In this document: piece after piece, positions 1 through 10,964 of the stretch
Layout: each line of letters opens with the position of its first letter
How positions within the stretch are numbered: position 1 is the first letter of the stretch
DNA from: Octopus sinensis
Taxonomy: Eukaryota
Length of the DNA: 64,000 nt
Direction: 5' to 3'
Assembly (NCBI RefSeq): GCF_006345805.1
Contig: NC_043008.1
Coordinates: 55,800,001 to 55,864,000 of the forward strand
The notes under the pieces: generated by a model
Database searches by the model: none
Seen by the model: the letters and a program-made list of their open reading frames with translations, nothing else
What the model was told of the DNA's origin: nothing
Made by a program: the position numbers and the translations under genes

Positions 1-118
1 AGGCTTTGGTCAGCCTAGAACAATACAAGACACTTGCCCAAGGTGCCACACAGTGGAACTGAACCCAAGACCACATGGATGGTTGGGAAGCAAGCTTCTC
101 AACCACACAACTACACTT
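1..118 (-). mobile_element. SINE family A head/CORE fragment (cut by the window edge)
   Basis: Matches the family A tRNA-like head and ggcaccttgggcaagtgtc CORE-like segment. Confidence 0.8.
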
Positions 119-186
119 ACACCTATTTATGTGTGAATGTGTGTGTGCGCATGAGTGTGTGTATATATATACATATATAAAAAAAT

Positions 187-477
187 ACAAAATGGGACAA
201 GAACGCAAAACATCCAGAAGACGATACAAAAAACCTGGATGGGTCATTCAAAGCCTTTAATCTTCAGTCAAGAACCGGATCATCCTCGCAATTTCAGCTG
301 ATTAATCTTGAGATTGCTCCAATCTGGTCAGCCCCAAGGAAAGACTAAGCTAAGAGCATTAGATTCCTTGGAAAAAAGCTTCGAATGTATACGAAACAAG
401 GATGGAAAAATGGATGATGTTACACGAATATAAATACAAAAATAATACGAAAAAACAATAATAATAATAATAGTAAC

Positions 478-518
<41 letters not shown>

Positions 519-657
519 AATTGCAGCATGGAAGGTGTTTATAAACCATTTAAAAACACACAAAAACCGTTAGATTCACTTCAACATTCAAATTTAATTT
601 GTTGAAATATTTTCGTCAGTTTGAAACCATGACCTGTTCACTGACAAAATTCTGTGT
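187..657 (-). mobile_element. Probable Penelope-like element terminal region (pLTR-like), interrupted by (AT)n
   Basis: Non-coding unique-looking block flanked by microsatellite that carries a minimal hammerhead-like motif at 598-648. The family assignment rests on that motif and on recall. Confidence 0.4.
598..648 (-). ncRNA. Hammerhead-ribozyme-like motif, type I, G3:C8 core variant, decayed
   Basis: Minus strand: UUUGUCA-GUGAACA-G-GUCA...UGAC-GAA-AAUAUU-U-CAACAAA. Stem II is 4 bp; the outer 5 bp of stem I pair and the inner 2 are mismatched. Confidence 0.35.
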
Positions 658-670
658 TGTATAATGGTTG

Positions 671-1547
671 CAGGGAATAAATTGTCATGTAAATTATGCA
701 AAAATGAAAATAACACTGACATCTCAGTTTAACAGATTTATTTACCAAAATTACATAAAAATATCTTGAAATGCTAAAGAGTAAATTTATTCAATAAAAT
801 CACCATTGGCTTCAACCATGGCCTCCAGACGACTTTGAAATCTCCTGTAACTCTTCTGGACAGTCTCTTTGTTTAAGTTGGTGAATGCTACCATAATCCT
901 TGCCTTCAGTTCATCTTTGGTGTTTTAAGGAGTTTTGTTGATCTCTCATTCAACTGCACCCCATGCATAATAACTAAGTGAGTTGCACTGAGAAGTTAGG
1001 TGGCCAGATGTTAGGAGTGATGTGGTCACAGAAATTATCTGACAGCCATGATTGGGTTCTTCTGCTTGTGTAGCATGGTGCAGAGTCCTGTTGCCAGACA
1101 TAGGGTCTTCCAGCAGACACCCTCTTGACCCAGAGCAACACTACCTCTTGCAGGCACTTGATGTAGACATCTGTGTTGAGTCTGAGGCTGTGTAGGATGA
1201 TGAATGGAGGCATAACATTGCCATCACTAGTGATCACTCCAAACACCATGATGTTGATGGGATGTCTGATTTTTATCACTCTCAGTACATGTTTTGAGGA
1301 CACAGCAAGACAACAGTTGTTCTGTGTGTTCAGCCTCTGTTTGTACTGGAGCTTCCAACATGAACGCCAAGCAGTACATGTTGTTTCCAAATTTTTGACA
1401 GAGTGAATTGTGCCATGGTGCTGTTTTTATCATAGACAGTGTCCAACTGACCCTACTATACTGTGTAGACAACAAAATCAAAAACAAACAATACGCATGC
1501 GCAAAATTGAAAATATAAAATTGTGACGATTTATCCATTGCACCCTG
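671..1547 (-). mobile_element. Internally deleted Tc1/mariner element, maT/DD37D-like
   Basis: Translates to HPINIMVFGVITSDG...YVWQQDSAPC...WPPN and ends YAWGAVE...RLEAMVEANGDFIE*. Degenerate TIRs caggg...ataaat(t/c)gtca; TA at the right flank. Confidence 0.85.
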
Positions 1548-1558
1548 TACGTATACAC

Positions 1559-1825
1559 TGTGACCCAACTTTTCCTCTGATGTCACTTTGCTCAACTTCA
1601 CTTTGATGTTTTTTTATCCGATGATATTTTGTCCCACGGCTTTTTGTCCAATTATAAATAAACTCTTTAGAAAACAAGGTGAACATCAAAATCAAATAAT
1701 CATTGAGAATTTTATTGGTAAGATTTGTGGTTGGACAAAATCATCATCAGACAAAAAGACGGACCAAAAGACGTGGATGAAAAGACGTTTGACAAAGTGA
1801 CGTCAGATAAAAGACCTATCACCCA
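1559..1825. mobile_element. Foldback/MITE with ~90-bp imperfect inverted arms made of gacaaaa(gac) subrepeats
   Basis: Left tctgatgtcactttgctcaac and tttatccgatgatattttgtcc match the reverse complement of the right arm. Confidence 0.55.
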
Positions 1826-1898
1826 TACACACACAAACATACATGTGACTAAGGTGGTAGAAAACATTGCTAGAAATAAGAGCTAATGAGCTCTAATG

Positions 1899-3114
1899 CC
1901 AGGTGAGTTATGAGACTTTTTAAAGGAAGCATTCATAACTGTCCTCAATTATTTAAATTTTAGTATGTCATTACTATACATCTAATGAACTGATTTTCCA
2001 ACTTTTGTTATTCCAGATTGAAGGAGATGGCTGTACCAGCACTTTGAACACATCCTATTAAACATTGCTTTTAACAGCTGATTAGTTTGCAGAATGCAGT
2101 TGGAACATGAAGACAATTTGGAAGCTCGCTTATACAATAAAGTTTTGAGTTAAACTGAGCAAAAATGCAGCAAAAACTTATGAAATGTCCCTGACTGCTG
2201 ACAGATTAGTTTTTTCACTGACACAAGAGGTGTAAGGTAAAGAGGAGGTGAAGGATGATGAGAGGTATGTGAGGGAGTGGGGATGTTAAAACACCAGAGC
2301 TGGCTGAGAAAATTTGCAATTTTCTGGGTGAAGACCGTTGTGTGTCTATATAGACAATAAACATAAAGTTTGGAGTTGGTATGGCAACTGTACACAGAAT
2401 TATTCTTGAAGATCTGAACATGCATAAAATTTGAGCAAAGTTTTTTGTTTCCAGGGTACTCAGTGACAAACATCCTGCTAACCAACTACTTGAAAGAGAT
2501 GGGCGTCAAAAGTGTCCCTCGCCTCCCTACATTCCAGACCTTGCTCCCAGTGACTTCCCTAATTCCTCAACCTCATGTACAGTCGTTCTGAAGATGAAAG
2601 AGGTTGTGACAAGAGTCTTGGATCTCTTCACTTTAGAGGACTTTCATGGGGCCTTTACAAAGTGGCTGAAGCACTACATATTTCTTTACTACCTACAAGG
2701 AGCTAAACACAGAGAGAACAAACAAGGACAGACACACACACACTTATATATATATATTTCTTTACTACCCACAAGGGGCTAAACATAGAGGGGACAAACA
2801 AGGACAGACAATGGGATTAAGTCCTTTACATCGACCCCAGTGCGTCACTGGTACTTAATTTATCGACACCAAAAGGATGAAAGGCAAAGTCGACCTCGGC
2901 GGAATTTGAACTCAGAACGTATCGGCAGACAAAATATGGCTACGCATTTCGCCTGGCGTGCTAACGTTTCTGCCATCTCGCCGCCTTCTACAAGCACTAC
3001 AATTGCATTGATGTCAGAGGATGCTACTTTGAAGGAGATTAGCGTTTTCTACTTCTTTGAAATTAATAAATATTTCTCCTGAAAAAAGTCTCAAAACTTC
3101 TGGAATGCACCTTG
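1899..3114 (+). mobile_element. Decayed mariner (DD34D-type) with an internal deletion and a nested SINE
   Basis: Frame-shifted remnants EDNLEAR..IKF, ELAEKICNFLGEDR, VHRIILEDLNMHK, PYIPDLAPSDF, EDFHGAFTKWLKHY..CIDVRGCYFEGD*. TIR core agtt(a/t)tgagacttttt at both ends. Confidence 0.85.
2679..2991 (-). mobile_element. SINE family B copy nested in the mariner, 10-bp TSD aagcactaca
   Basis: TSD at 2669-2678 and 2992-3001; head ggcggcgagatggcagaaacgttagc; duplicated 3' tail. Confidence 0.9.
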
Positions 3115-3379
3115 TGTATATCATTTATCTTTTGCTTGTTTCAGTCATTAGACTGCGGCCATGTGTGTGTGTGTGTGTATTTGATTAATGAGAGACAGAA
3201 GATGCAAGATACAAGAACCTTTATTGATCACTTCAATTGTTTTGATCCAATCTAGCACCAATCCCATGCACGTGGGATACTGAACATCTGGTTTAGGTGT
3301 ATCCCTCGGTGTAGATATATCTCTTCAGGTGATTTCAAGAGGTAGCTCATTAAAATAAACCCTGTTTCACAAGATTTTT

Positions 3380-3682
3380 TCTTGGTCTTCATATATAAAA
3401 AGTTCCCCTCTGAGGTATAAGTCTGGACAAGGTTATTTGTGGAAGACCAGCAGTCGCCCATGCACACTGGCCTCCCCTCTCCACACCACCAGTGTTGTCC
3501 AAGGGAAAGGCAAAGGCTGATACAGCTTGGCACCTGTGACGTCGCAACTCATTTCTACAGCTGAGTGAACTGGAGCAACGTGAAATAAAGTGTCTTCCTC
3601 AAGAACACAACACACAGCCCGATCCAGGAATTGAATGCACTACCTCACGATTGTAACCCAGTGCTCTAACCACTGAGCCATA
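3380..3682 (-). mobile_element. SINE family C (tRNA head + CORE-like ttgagcaagacactttatttcacgttgctcc)
   Basis: Homologous to copies at 30598, 52772 and 54152. Confidence 0.85.
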
Positions 3683-3879
3683 GCTTGGTGAGCAGCGAAT
3701 GTGATATAACATATTAACACCTCATAAAGTTATATCAATGTAGTCAAAGAGCATTAATAATATTAGAGATAAATTATATCTCCAAATTAGTTTCACTGTT
3801 AAGATTGCTTGCTTCTTGATTTAACGATAAAATTAATAGAAAACTCTCAAGGTAGAAAGACAAAAATAACAGATAACTA

Positions 3880-4049
3880 GGCGTAGGAGTGGCTGTGTGG
3901 TAAGTAGCTTGCTTACCAACCACATTGTTCCAGGGTTCGTTCCTAATGCGTGGCACCTTGGGCAAGTGTTTTCTACTATATCCTCGGGCCGACCAAAGCC
4001 TTGTGAGTGGATTTGGTAGACGGAAACTGAAAGAAGCCTGTCGTATATG

Positions 4050-4080
<31 letters not shown>

Positions 4081-4268
4081 ATGTTTGTGTGTCTGTGTTT
4101 GACAAACGATGCTGATGTGTTTACGTCCCTGTAACTTAGCGGTTCGGCAAAAGAGACCGATAGAATAAGTACCAGGCTTACAAAGAATAAGTCCTGGGGT
4201 CGACTTGCTCGACTAAAGGCGGTGCTCCAGCATGGCCACAGTCAAATGACTGAAACAAGTAAAAGAGT
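3880..4268 (+). mobile_element. Full-length SINE family A (tRNA head, CORE-like domain, microsatellite linker, 3' module)
   Basis: A box tggctgtgtgg, B-box-like ggttcgttcc; flanked by a 26-bp near-perfect direct repeat. Confidence 0.9.
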
Positions 4269-4844
4269 AAGGTAGGCAGAAAGATAAAAATAACAGATAA
4301 CTAACGTTAAGGTAGAAGATACGACAAACGTATAATACCGATAACAGTTTTCAAAGATGTTCTTCCCAAAGATTGCACCTTACGTGTGATTGCCTTATAG
4401 TATTTTAAGTCTTATAGTATTTTAAAATACCTGTTGCTCTTATATATATGTTGCAGTTCCATTTTAATCTTAATTCATTACATAATTAAACTGCTAATTA
4501 AAGCAGCAGTCGATAATTAAGCACTTCTTGGGCTACTTGTTGCATTCGGCTCATATAGGTGGGGGGCGTGGAAGCTAATAATGTAGCTCAATATTCCCGT
4601 ATTTGAAAGAATCAATCGTTTAGAAGTTGGAATACATTTAAGAACTGTAAGATGGCTGGCTAGATTATTTTTAACAATGATGTATACGATCGCAACAAGG
4701 AATACTACTGGTGGTTGCTCAACCCACTGCATATAACGGTAAAGTCTCTCTTTAATCAAAACACTACAAGAGCGATACGATGCATTAGGTCGCGTAATCC
4801 CAGGTAAACAAAACGACGAGATAGTCGTGACTGGAATTTGCATA

Positions 4845-5130
4845 GATCATAGGTCTGCTCAATCAGGGTTTTGCCTGGGGTTAAATGATAGCAATATCGA
4901 CATCAGGCCATTTCGGAGGCAATGATGCTTACCAGTGGTCGATCGACATGTTAGAAATAGCAGCCAAATTTACCTCAAACCACACCCTAACGTTTTGTAA
5001 AAGGGACGGAGGAGCGCGGGCAAACATATCCCATATTACTAGATACTCATGGGATGGGCACGACAAGAATTATTTTTACCACAGATCTGGTTGATCAGAA
5101 GCTGATGACCGAGGGCTAAACAACCACCAC
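4845..5130 (-). repeat. Interspersed repeat family D
   Basis: agaaatagcagccaaatt and gggctaaacaacc motifs shared with copies at 14100-14530, 29820-30010, 32620-32800, 37660-37875 and 42160-42300. Confidence 0.65.
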
Positions 5131-6123
5131 CTTCTTTATAATTATATATATTTTTCACGATTTACATAAGATATTGCCTATTTAAAAATAGTTCGTTTTT
5201 CTCTTTTTTTAATGAAATTTAGAATTGCTCCAAGTATAAACATCGAACGGAAATATCTAAACGTTTGAAATTATACAGGAAAACAACCAGTCAGACAACA
5301 AAAACAATGAAAATAGACAACAAAATAAATCACACACAAAACAAACGAATAACATATAAACTGTAAGATCAGTACAAGACAAGGTCACCTCATTGCTTTT
5401 TCATTTTTTTTTTTTTTTTGGTTTAAGCACGTTATCTTGAATGAGTAAAGGAAGATCTCAATTCACTGGATTTTCTTACACAACAAGCAGTAGGGGATTT
5501 TTTTTTTATAGATTGGTAAGGAATTAGGAGGGAAATGAGACTTTGTAACATTCATGCCTTTCTCGTTAGGCGTAAATGAAGCATAGTGAAATAGACATTA
5601 TTCGAAATGAAAACAAACTTGAACTTCGCTGACCAGAGAAGCTTTGCTAATTAACTTCCTCGCAAATTACAACCATTCGTTAATCTATTCGAATTCACAG
5701 GAAATAGAAAGTCCCAAAATGATTTATTAATGTTCGAGGTGGAATTGTATGTTTAAAATTTCATTATTTTTGGACATTGAATAAAATGGATTTTTTTACA
5801 CACATGTGTAATGCCTTTCTAAGTGTATATACGTGTCTATATGTGTATGTGTGTGTGTGCGCGTATATGTGCATATATAATGTATGTGTATATAGGTAAA
5901 TATAAACGTATGTGTATATATGTGTGTGTGTGTGGAATGCATATATGTTGCCTTTTAATTTAACTAACCTTATAATCGTGTACTGTCAGTTAATGGACAA
6001 CTCAAAATTCCATTTGTCAAAGTAATTTAACTATTATTTCTAATATGTAAATGAAATACTACGATGTCTTCTCGCTTTTCTTTTCCATGACTTTATTCCC
6101 TTCATTATCTATTCACGTTAGTA

Positions 6124-6183
<60 letters not shown>

Positions 6184-6630
6184 TTAGAAGAAATGAGGTA
6201 CTCAGAAATTCGGATGGTTTATATTTACAGATATTTATTTGTATATTACATTTTTTATATATCATATAACAATAAATATCTGTAAATATAAACCATCCGA
6301 TTTTCTGAGTACCTCATTTCTTCTAATATATATAATACCTGTACATCATCTCCAAACCTTCCAATACATATACATATATATATATATATATATATACAAG
6401 AAAAAAAGCAACAAGAATGTACTAAACTACTGATCCATTCTTGTTGCTTTTTTCTTAATACCATAAAACATTCTGGTGCATCTAAGTTAAGTACCATATT
6501 CTTTTGAATCTAAATTGTTTTGCTGAAATTATATATATATATATGTGTATATATTAAAAGGCGGATGTCAAAACGACTTGGTTGTTTTCGTTACATAAAG
6601 GGAATGAATGAATGAATGCAAAGCACTCAC

Positions 6631-6779
6631 CTGTCTGGCGAGGCGAAGGTGGTTGTGAAGCTGCATAATAATTAACAGGAGAAGGCTCAGGAATAGGCTG
6701 TCGATTCTGAAACACACTTCTTTTCTCGTCCATCATCGAGTGCTGATCACCCATCACTTGAGTGCCCATCTTAACATCT
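6631..6779 (-). CDS. Probable coding exon of an unidentified minus-strand gene (DVKMGTQVMGDQHSMMDEKRSVFQNRQPIPEPSPVNYYAASQPPSPRQT); the ATG at 6769 may be the start codon
   Basis: Pyrimidine-rich acceptor ttttgttgtttcctttaatcag|A and strong donor CAG|gtgagt. 149 bp = 1+49 codons+1, open frame, non-repetitive, aagATGG context. No recognisable domain. Confidence 0.75.
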
Positions 6780-7059
6780 CTGATTAAAGGAAACAACAAA
6801 ACAAAGATAAAGAGACAATAGCTAAAAGCAGCGTAGGTTTCCGGTATAAATATCATCGAATAAACAAATCATCCTTACAAATAGATATATCATCGAATGT
6901 GACAGTGGTAGAAAGACACGGAAAACATAAGAAATATTGCTGGGAAGACAGAAAAATTCTGCAGCTAAGTCAGCGCCATTAGAATTTTTGGGCAAGGACA
7001 GATAACTCTGACAGATTTTTTTTTTTCCAGCTCATTATCGATACCAGATGGAAGGCGGA

Positions 7060-7200
7060 AGCTGGCAGAATCGTTAGCACACTGGAAAAATATGCTTAGC
7101 AGTATTACGTTCGGAGTTCAAATTCCTCAAGGGTCGATTTTACTTGTCATCCTTTTGGGGTTGATAAAATAAAACTACTAGTTGATTTCAGGTTTTGTAC
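7060..7200 (+). mobile_element. Diverged SINE family B
   Basis: Head ctggcagaatcgttagc and ggtcgatttt...catccttttggggttgataaa domain. Confidence 0.75.
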
Positions 7201-7434
7201 CTATAGCAGGAAGTATAATTAATAAGAAATAGGAAGGGCGAGATTGTTTATTTATAGTTTGAACTTGAAATAGCTTGGTTTATGATCATTCTGTTTTTCT
7301 TTGTTTTTCCTTTTCAGGCGATATAATCGGGGAGGCAGTGTCGTCTTAAGGCATGGGTACCTTGGACAGTTGCCCCAGGGCCTCCCGGTTTATGAGACTA
7401 ATTCAGAACTATGAAAGCTGTGGTCTGCCAGGTC

Positions 7435-8070
7435 CAGTGCATTGATTTTCCGGTAATTTTTTTCTAATGAATCCGGGACAGATTTCCCTAACCCTAACCA
7501 TAAATCCCTAATCCTAAAACCCTAAACCTAGCCCTAACGCTAACCCTAAAACCCTAATCCTGAAAAGGTCAATGGAGGTGGGGTGAGTGGAATTTCCGAG
7601 GCTTCCACCTCACCCCACTCTGTTTTTTGTACCCCAAAAAGGGTTTTGTGGCATATTAGGATGTTACAGGAATTCATTCAACGAAAAAAAAAATTCCAAT
7701 GAATTCGGGACGGAGGGGAGGCTCTCCCCACTTCGCCCCCACCTTTCCGAACCAAAATAAGGGATTTGCAGCATATTAGGAGGCCAGGGTGCTTGATTCC
7801 ACGCAAAAAAATCTGAGTTTTTTTTTTTTTCTTAGTGAAAATCGTGCAGGTGTTACTCTGAAAATTTACCAATTTTCCCAAGGTTCTATAATGCTAAGAC
7901 GACCTAGTCGGTATAGTCGTGATTGGAGAAAAATGTGGGTACAGTTTCGGATCAGAAGCCCTTATAAGAAAAGAAGGCGAAGGTAAATAATACTTACACC
8001 CGGTGTTTAGGGTTAGGATTATGGTTTAGAGTTAGAGTTAGGGTTAGGGTTATACCGAAAACCAGTGGAT
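7435..8070. mobile_element. Unclassified element with inverted telomere-like arms, (CCCTAA)n left and (TTAGGG)n right
   Basis: Degenerate CCCTAA run at 7486-7560 and TTAGGG run at 8007-8051; outer flanks are weakly inverted; internal hairpin at 7575-7620. Confidence 0.5.
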
Positions 8071-8390
8071 GTGCATATTCTTTACCTCCGCCGAAAAGAA
8101 AAGGTTACGAAAGTGGGGGGCTTTTTTTTTTTCCCCCACAGTCTTGTATCTTTCGTTGTTTGAAACACAGTAGTACTAAAAAGTGAAGTAAAACATCTAA
8201 CCCCTCCTTCCACCGCTTCTTTTTCCCCTCGTGAGATGATAACGGACTACTAATTCAAAACTCCATCGCAAATTGGATGATATTTCTAGCAGAAGGAAAG
8301 GGACGAGATGGCAGAATCGTTAGCTCACCGGGCCAAATGCTTAGCGGTATTTTCATCCACATGACACAATTAAACGCGAAAGGGACTCAC

Positions 8391-8482
8391 CAAAAGTGAG
8401 GGTGTTCTGCGCCATCTCAAAGAACCGTGATAACTTTGAAACATTATAAAATTATCATCTCACAGAGTTTTTCGTTGGAAAT
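8391..8482 (-). other. Candidate 92-nt non-coding (5' UTR or poison) exon of the same gene
   Basis: Acceptor aagttttattctacag|AT and donor TTG|gtgagt. Stops in all three frames; contains three ATGs. Confidence 0.55.
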
Positions 8483-8594
8483 CTGTAGAATAAAACTTGT
8501 TATATTCCAAATTAAGCCTATTAAGTTTCATTTCTCTCGACCATGTAGTCACTCCGAAATGGACCTCTCAAATGGTGTCAAATTTTTTGGTATA

Positions 8595-8785
8595 CCTCGT
8601 GTGCTGAAAAGTTCCTGGCTTTGGCTAAGAGAAAATACAGGAGAATCAGTAAATTATGATCTTATTCAACATATTCCAGCAGTCCTTCGGATTTTCTAAG
8701 TCCCGTAAAAGAACTGGGAAGGTTCGGCCTCCAACCAGGCCTTTCGTGACACCCTTAAAGTTAGGAACTTTACAGCAACCCCTCG
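8595..8785. mobile_element. Mariner-type MITE
   Basis: Inverted ends tgctgaaaagttcctggcttt and aaagttaggaactttacagca; TA at the left flank. Confidence 0.7.
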
Positions 8786-9349
8786 TGTGTGTGTGTATGT
8801 ATGCATGTATACACATATAGATACATACATAAGTATGTATGCAGGTATGTATGTACGCATGCATGCATGTATATATATTTCAAAGGCCATAAATGTGTTC
8901 CACTCTGTTTTGTATGTCTAAGTATCCCATCTACTAGAGACGTCTATTGAGATAGAAACAAGCGTCCACTGTCGTCTTTTTATCTGAACACGTGTTTCTA
9001 TCTTTTCTTCATTTTTTTTTTACCCGAATGTCAGTTTGGCGAATTCTTGATTCTTGAGATTATCTCCCCTCCTCATTTGGTGTCAATCTTAACTGCCTCA
9101 ATGCTATTGTTCTATTATCTTTGAAAGCGGGGACAATTTAAATAAATTAAGCATGTATGGTATTTAATATATCATTATTCGCCCTTATTGTTAAAATACA
9201 TTCCACTGGCCATTTCTAGTTATTTTCTCTTAGCTCATTTTCGTTTAAATTATCTGTGTGTGTGTGTGTGTTTTATCTCGTAAATTTTACTTGTTTCAAT
9301 CATTAGACTGCAGCCACACTGAGGTACCGCCTAAATGTAGTTTAATCGA

Positions 9350-9480
9350 ACTGTTTGGCTTTGCCTTTCATCCTTTCGGGATCAATAAAAAGAAAGAGCA
9401 GTCAAGTACTGGGGTCGATGTTATCAACTAACCCCACCGTCCCGAAAATTTCAGGCTTTGTGTCAGTTGTAGAAAAGGAT
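9350..9480 (+). mobile_element. SINE family B 3' fragment
   Basis: ctttgcctttcatcctttcgggatcaataaa ... gtagaaaggat. Confidence 0.7.
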
Positions 9481-9525
9481 CATCATCACCATCACCACCA
9501 CCACCACCACCACCACCACCACCGC

Positions 9526-9558
<33 letters not shown>

Positions 9559-9576
9559 TATATCTAAAATTTAGCT

Positions 9577-10150
9577 ATTATTGTTGTTGTTGAGTGTGAG
9601 AGCAGTGCATGCCATCAAAGTGACACTGGGTTAAAATATACGAAACCCAGTATACTCATCATGACTACCCGTCTGATAAGAGTACACCAGGCATATGAAT
9701 CACAACCATATGTGCGTGACATAGTGATCTCATATCAAGTTAAACAGCACATGACCTTTCAGGTATGGCCCAGTTAGAATTTTCTTCACGCTGTGTTGCC
9801 CATCCCCCTCAATAGATCCCTGAATAAGGGTTGTTTAAGGATGGTAAACGAAATAACCATGTTTCCAAAGGTGGATTATCCAAATCCCAAAGAATTCTTC
9901 TCAACACATGGCTATAATGTTCCCCCACTGTTTCTGCTCGTGGCTGGAGATGCACATATCGTCAACCACTAAGAGACATGCTCAACTGGTTAAGATCAAG
10001 CAACTGACAAGCAAATCCGTTGTACTGAGCAGAATATTTGCTGTAGCCCATATTTCATACCAAGATAAAACAATGTACATGATAGCACTTCCAATCAGGT
10101 AAGATCAAAAGCCAAGAGAGTCACTACCTGGTACAGATTCAGTGCATTTG
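9577..10150 (-). mobile_element. Non-coding retroposon (LINE 3' UTR or SINE-like) with (AAC/AAT)n tail
   Basis: Ends ...gatggcatgcactgctctcacactc(aac)n; the same 3' end recurs at 63771-63850 on the + strand. Confidence 0.65.
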
Positions 10151-10194
10151 TTATCATTATTATTATTATAATTATAATTATTATTATTATTATT

Positions 10195-10239
<45 letters not shown>

Positions 10240-10521
10240 ATATCTACATGATATAGCTCAACAGTAAGTACCCATTGGATGCGATCGATCCGGTACCGGA
10301 CAAGGATTCCGGATTATTTGTTATATTTACTTTTCTTTACATGATTACGATCTTACGTTGACTTTCAAGTCTTTCTCAATTATCTCCCTTTAGGCTCTTT
10401 CCAAAGTTTTATTTTAGTTTCTCTATTATCAATTTTGCTCCCATCTCTAAAGAAATCAAACTACATAAACAAACGGTAGCAAAACCGTTCAGAAATTAAA
10501 TAACCCTAACATATTTTTATA

Positions 10522-10662
10522 ATAGCGGTTCGGCAAAAAGAGACCGATAGAATAAGTACTGAGCTTACAAAGAATAAGTCCCGGGGTCTATTTGCTCGAC
10601 TAAAGGCGGTGCTCCAGCATGGCCGCAGTCAAATGACTGAAACAAGTAAAAGAATAAAAGAA
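10522..10662 (+). mobile_element. SINE family A 3' module only
   Basis: tagcggttcggcaaaaagagaccg ... gactgaaacaagtaaaaga. Confidence 0.85.
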
Positions 10663-10964
10663 TATATCCTACATTATGCATATATATTAACAGTTTACAG
10701 TATACTTATATATATACATATATCTATGCAGCGATCTAAAACAACAGGAATACTAAAGGAAGGCCGGAATTTAAGAGAAGAGAAAGCCAAAAGGTCTTAT
10801 GCTATTCATTAAAAAATTCCTGAGTAGAACTTTTTATTACTGCCTCCGCCTTTGAAACTATTTTGAATGGTGAATTTGTTAACTTTGGCTTGTATTAGAT
10901 AAGGAGAAACTATTTATTACTGCTACTAAGTTTTCTACAGTCACCTTCACATTCCATGGTTACC

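Noticed and set aside
4517-4843. 108-aa minus-strand ORF as the next exon of the gene (possible acceptor catcttacag at ~4647)
   Set aside because: The phase fits, but the acceptor is modest, the peptide is not recognisable and it would end the protein at ~90 aa. Unresolved without RNA data.
7486-8051. True telomere or chromosome-fusion site
   Set aside because: The runs are short and degenerate, and they face outward (CCCTAA then TTAGGG), opposite to an end-to-end fusion signature.
9355-9567. Poly-His ORF
   Set aside because: A SINE B fragment followed by a (CAT/CAC)n microsatellite.
9640-9685. GAAAC and CTGATAAG words suggesting another permuted hammerhead
   Set aside because: Stem I cannot form, two ordinary hairpins explain the sequence, and the words are on the element's antisense strand.
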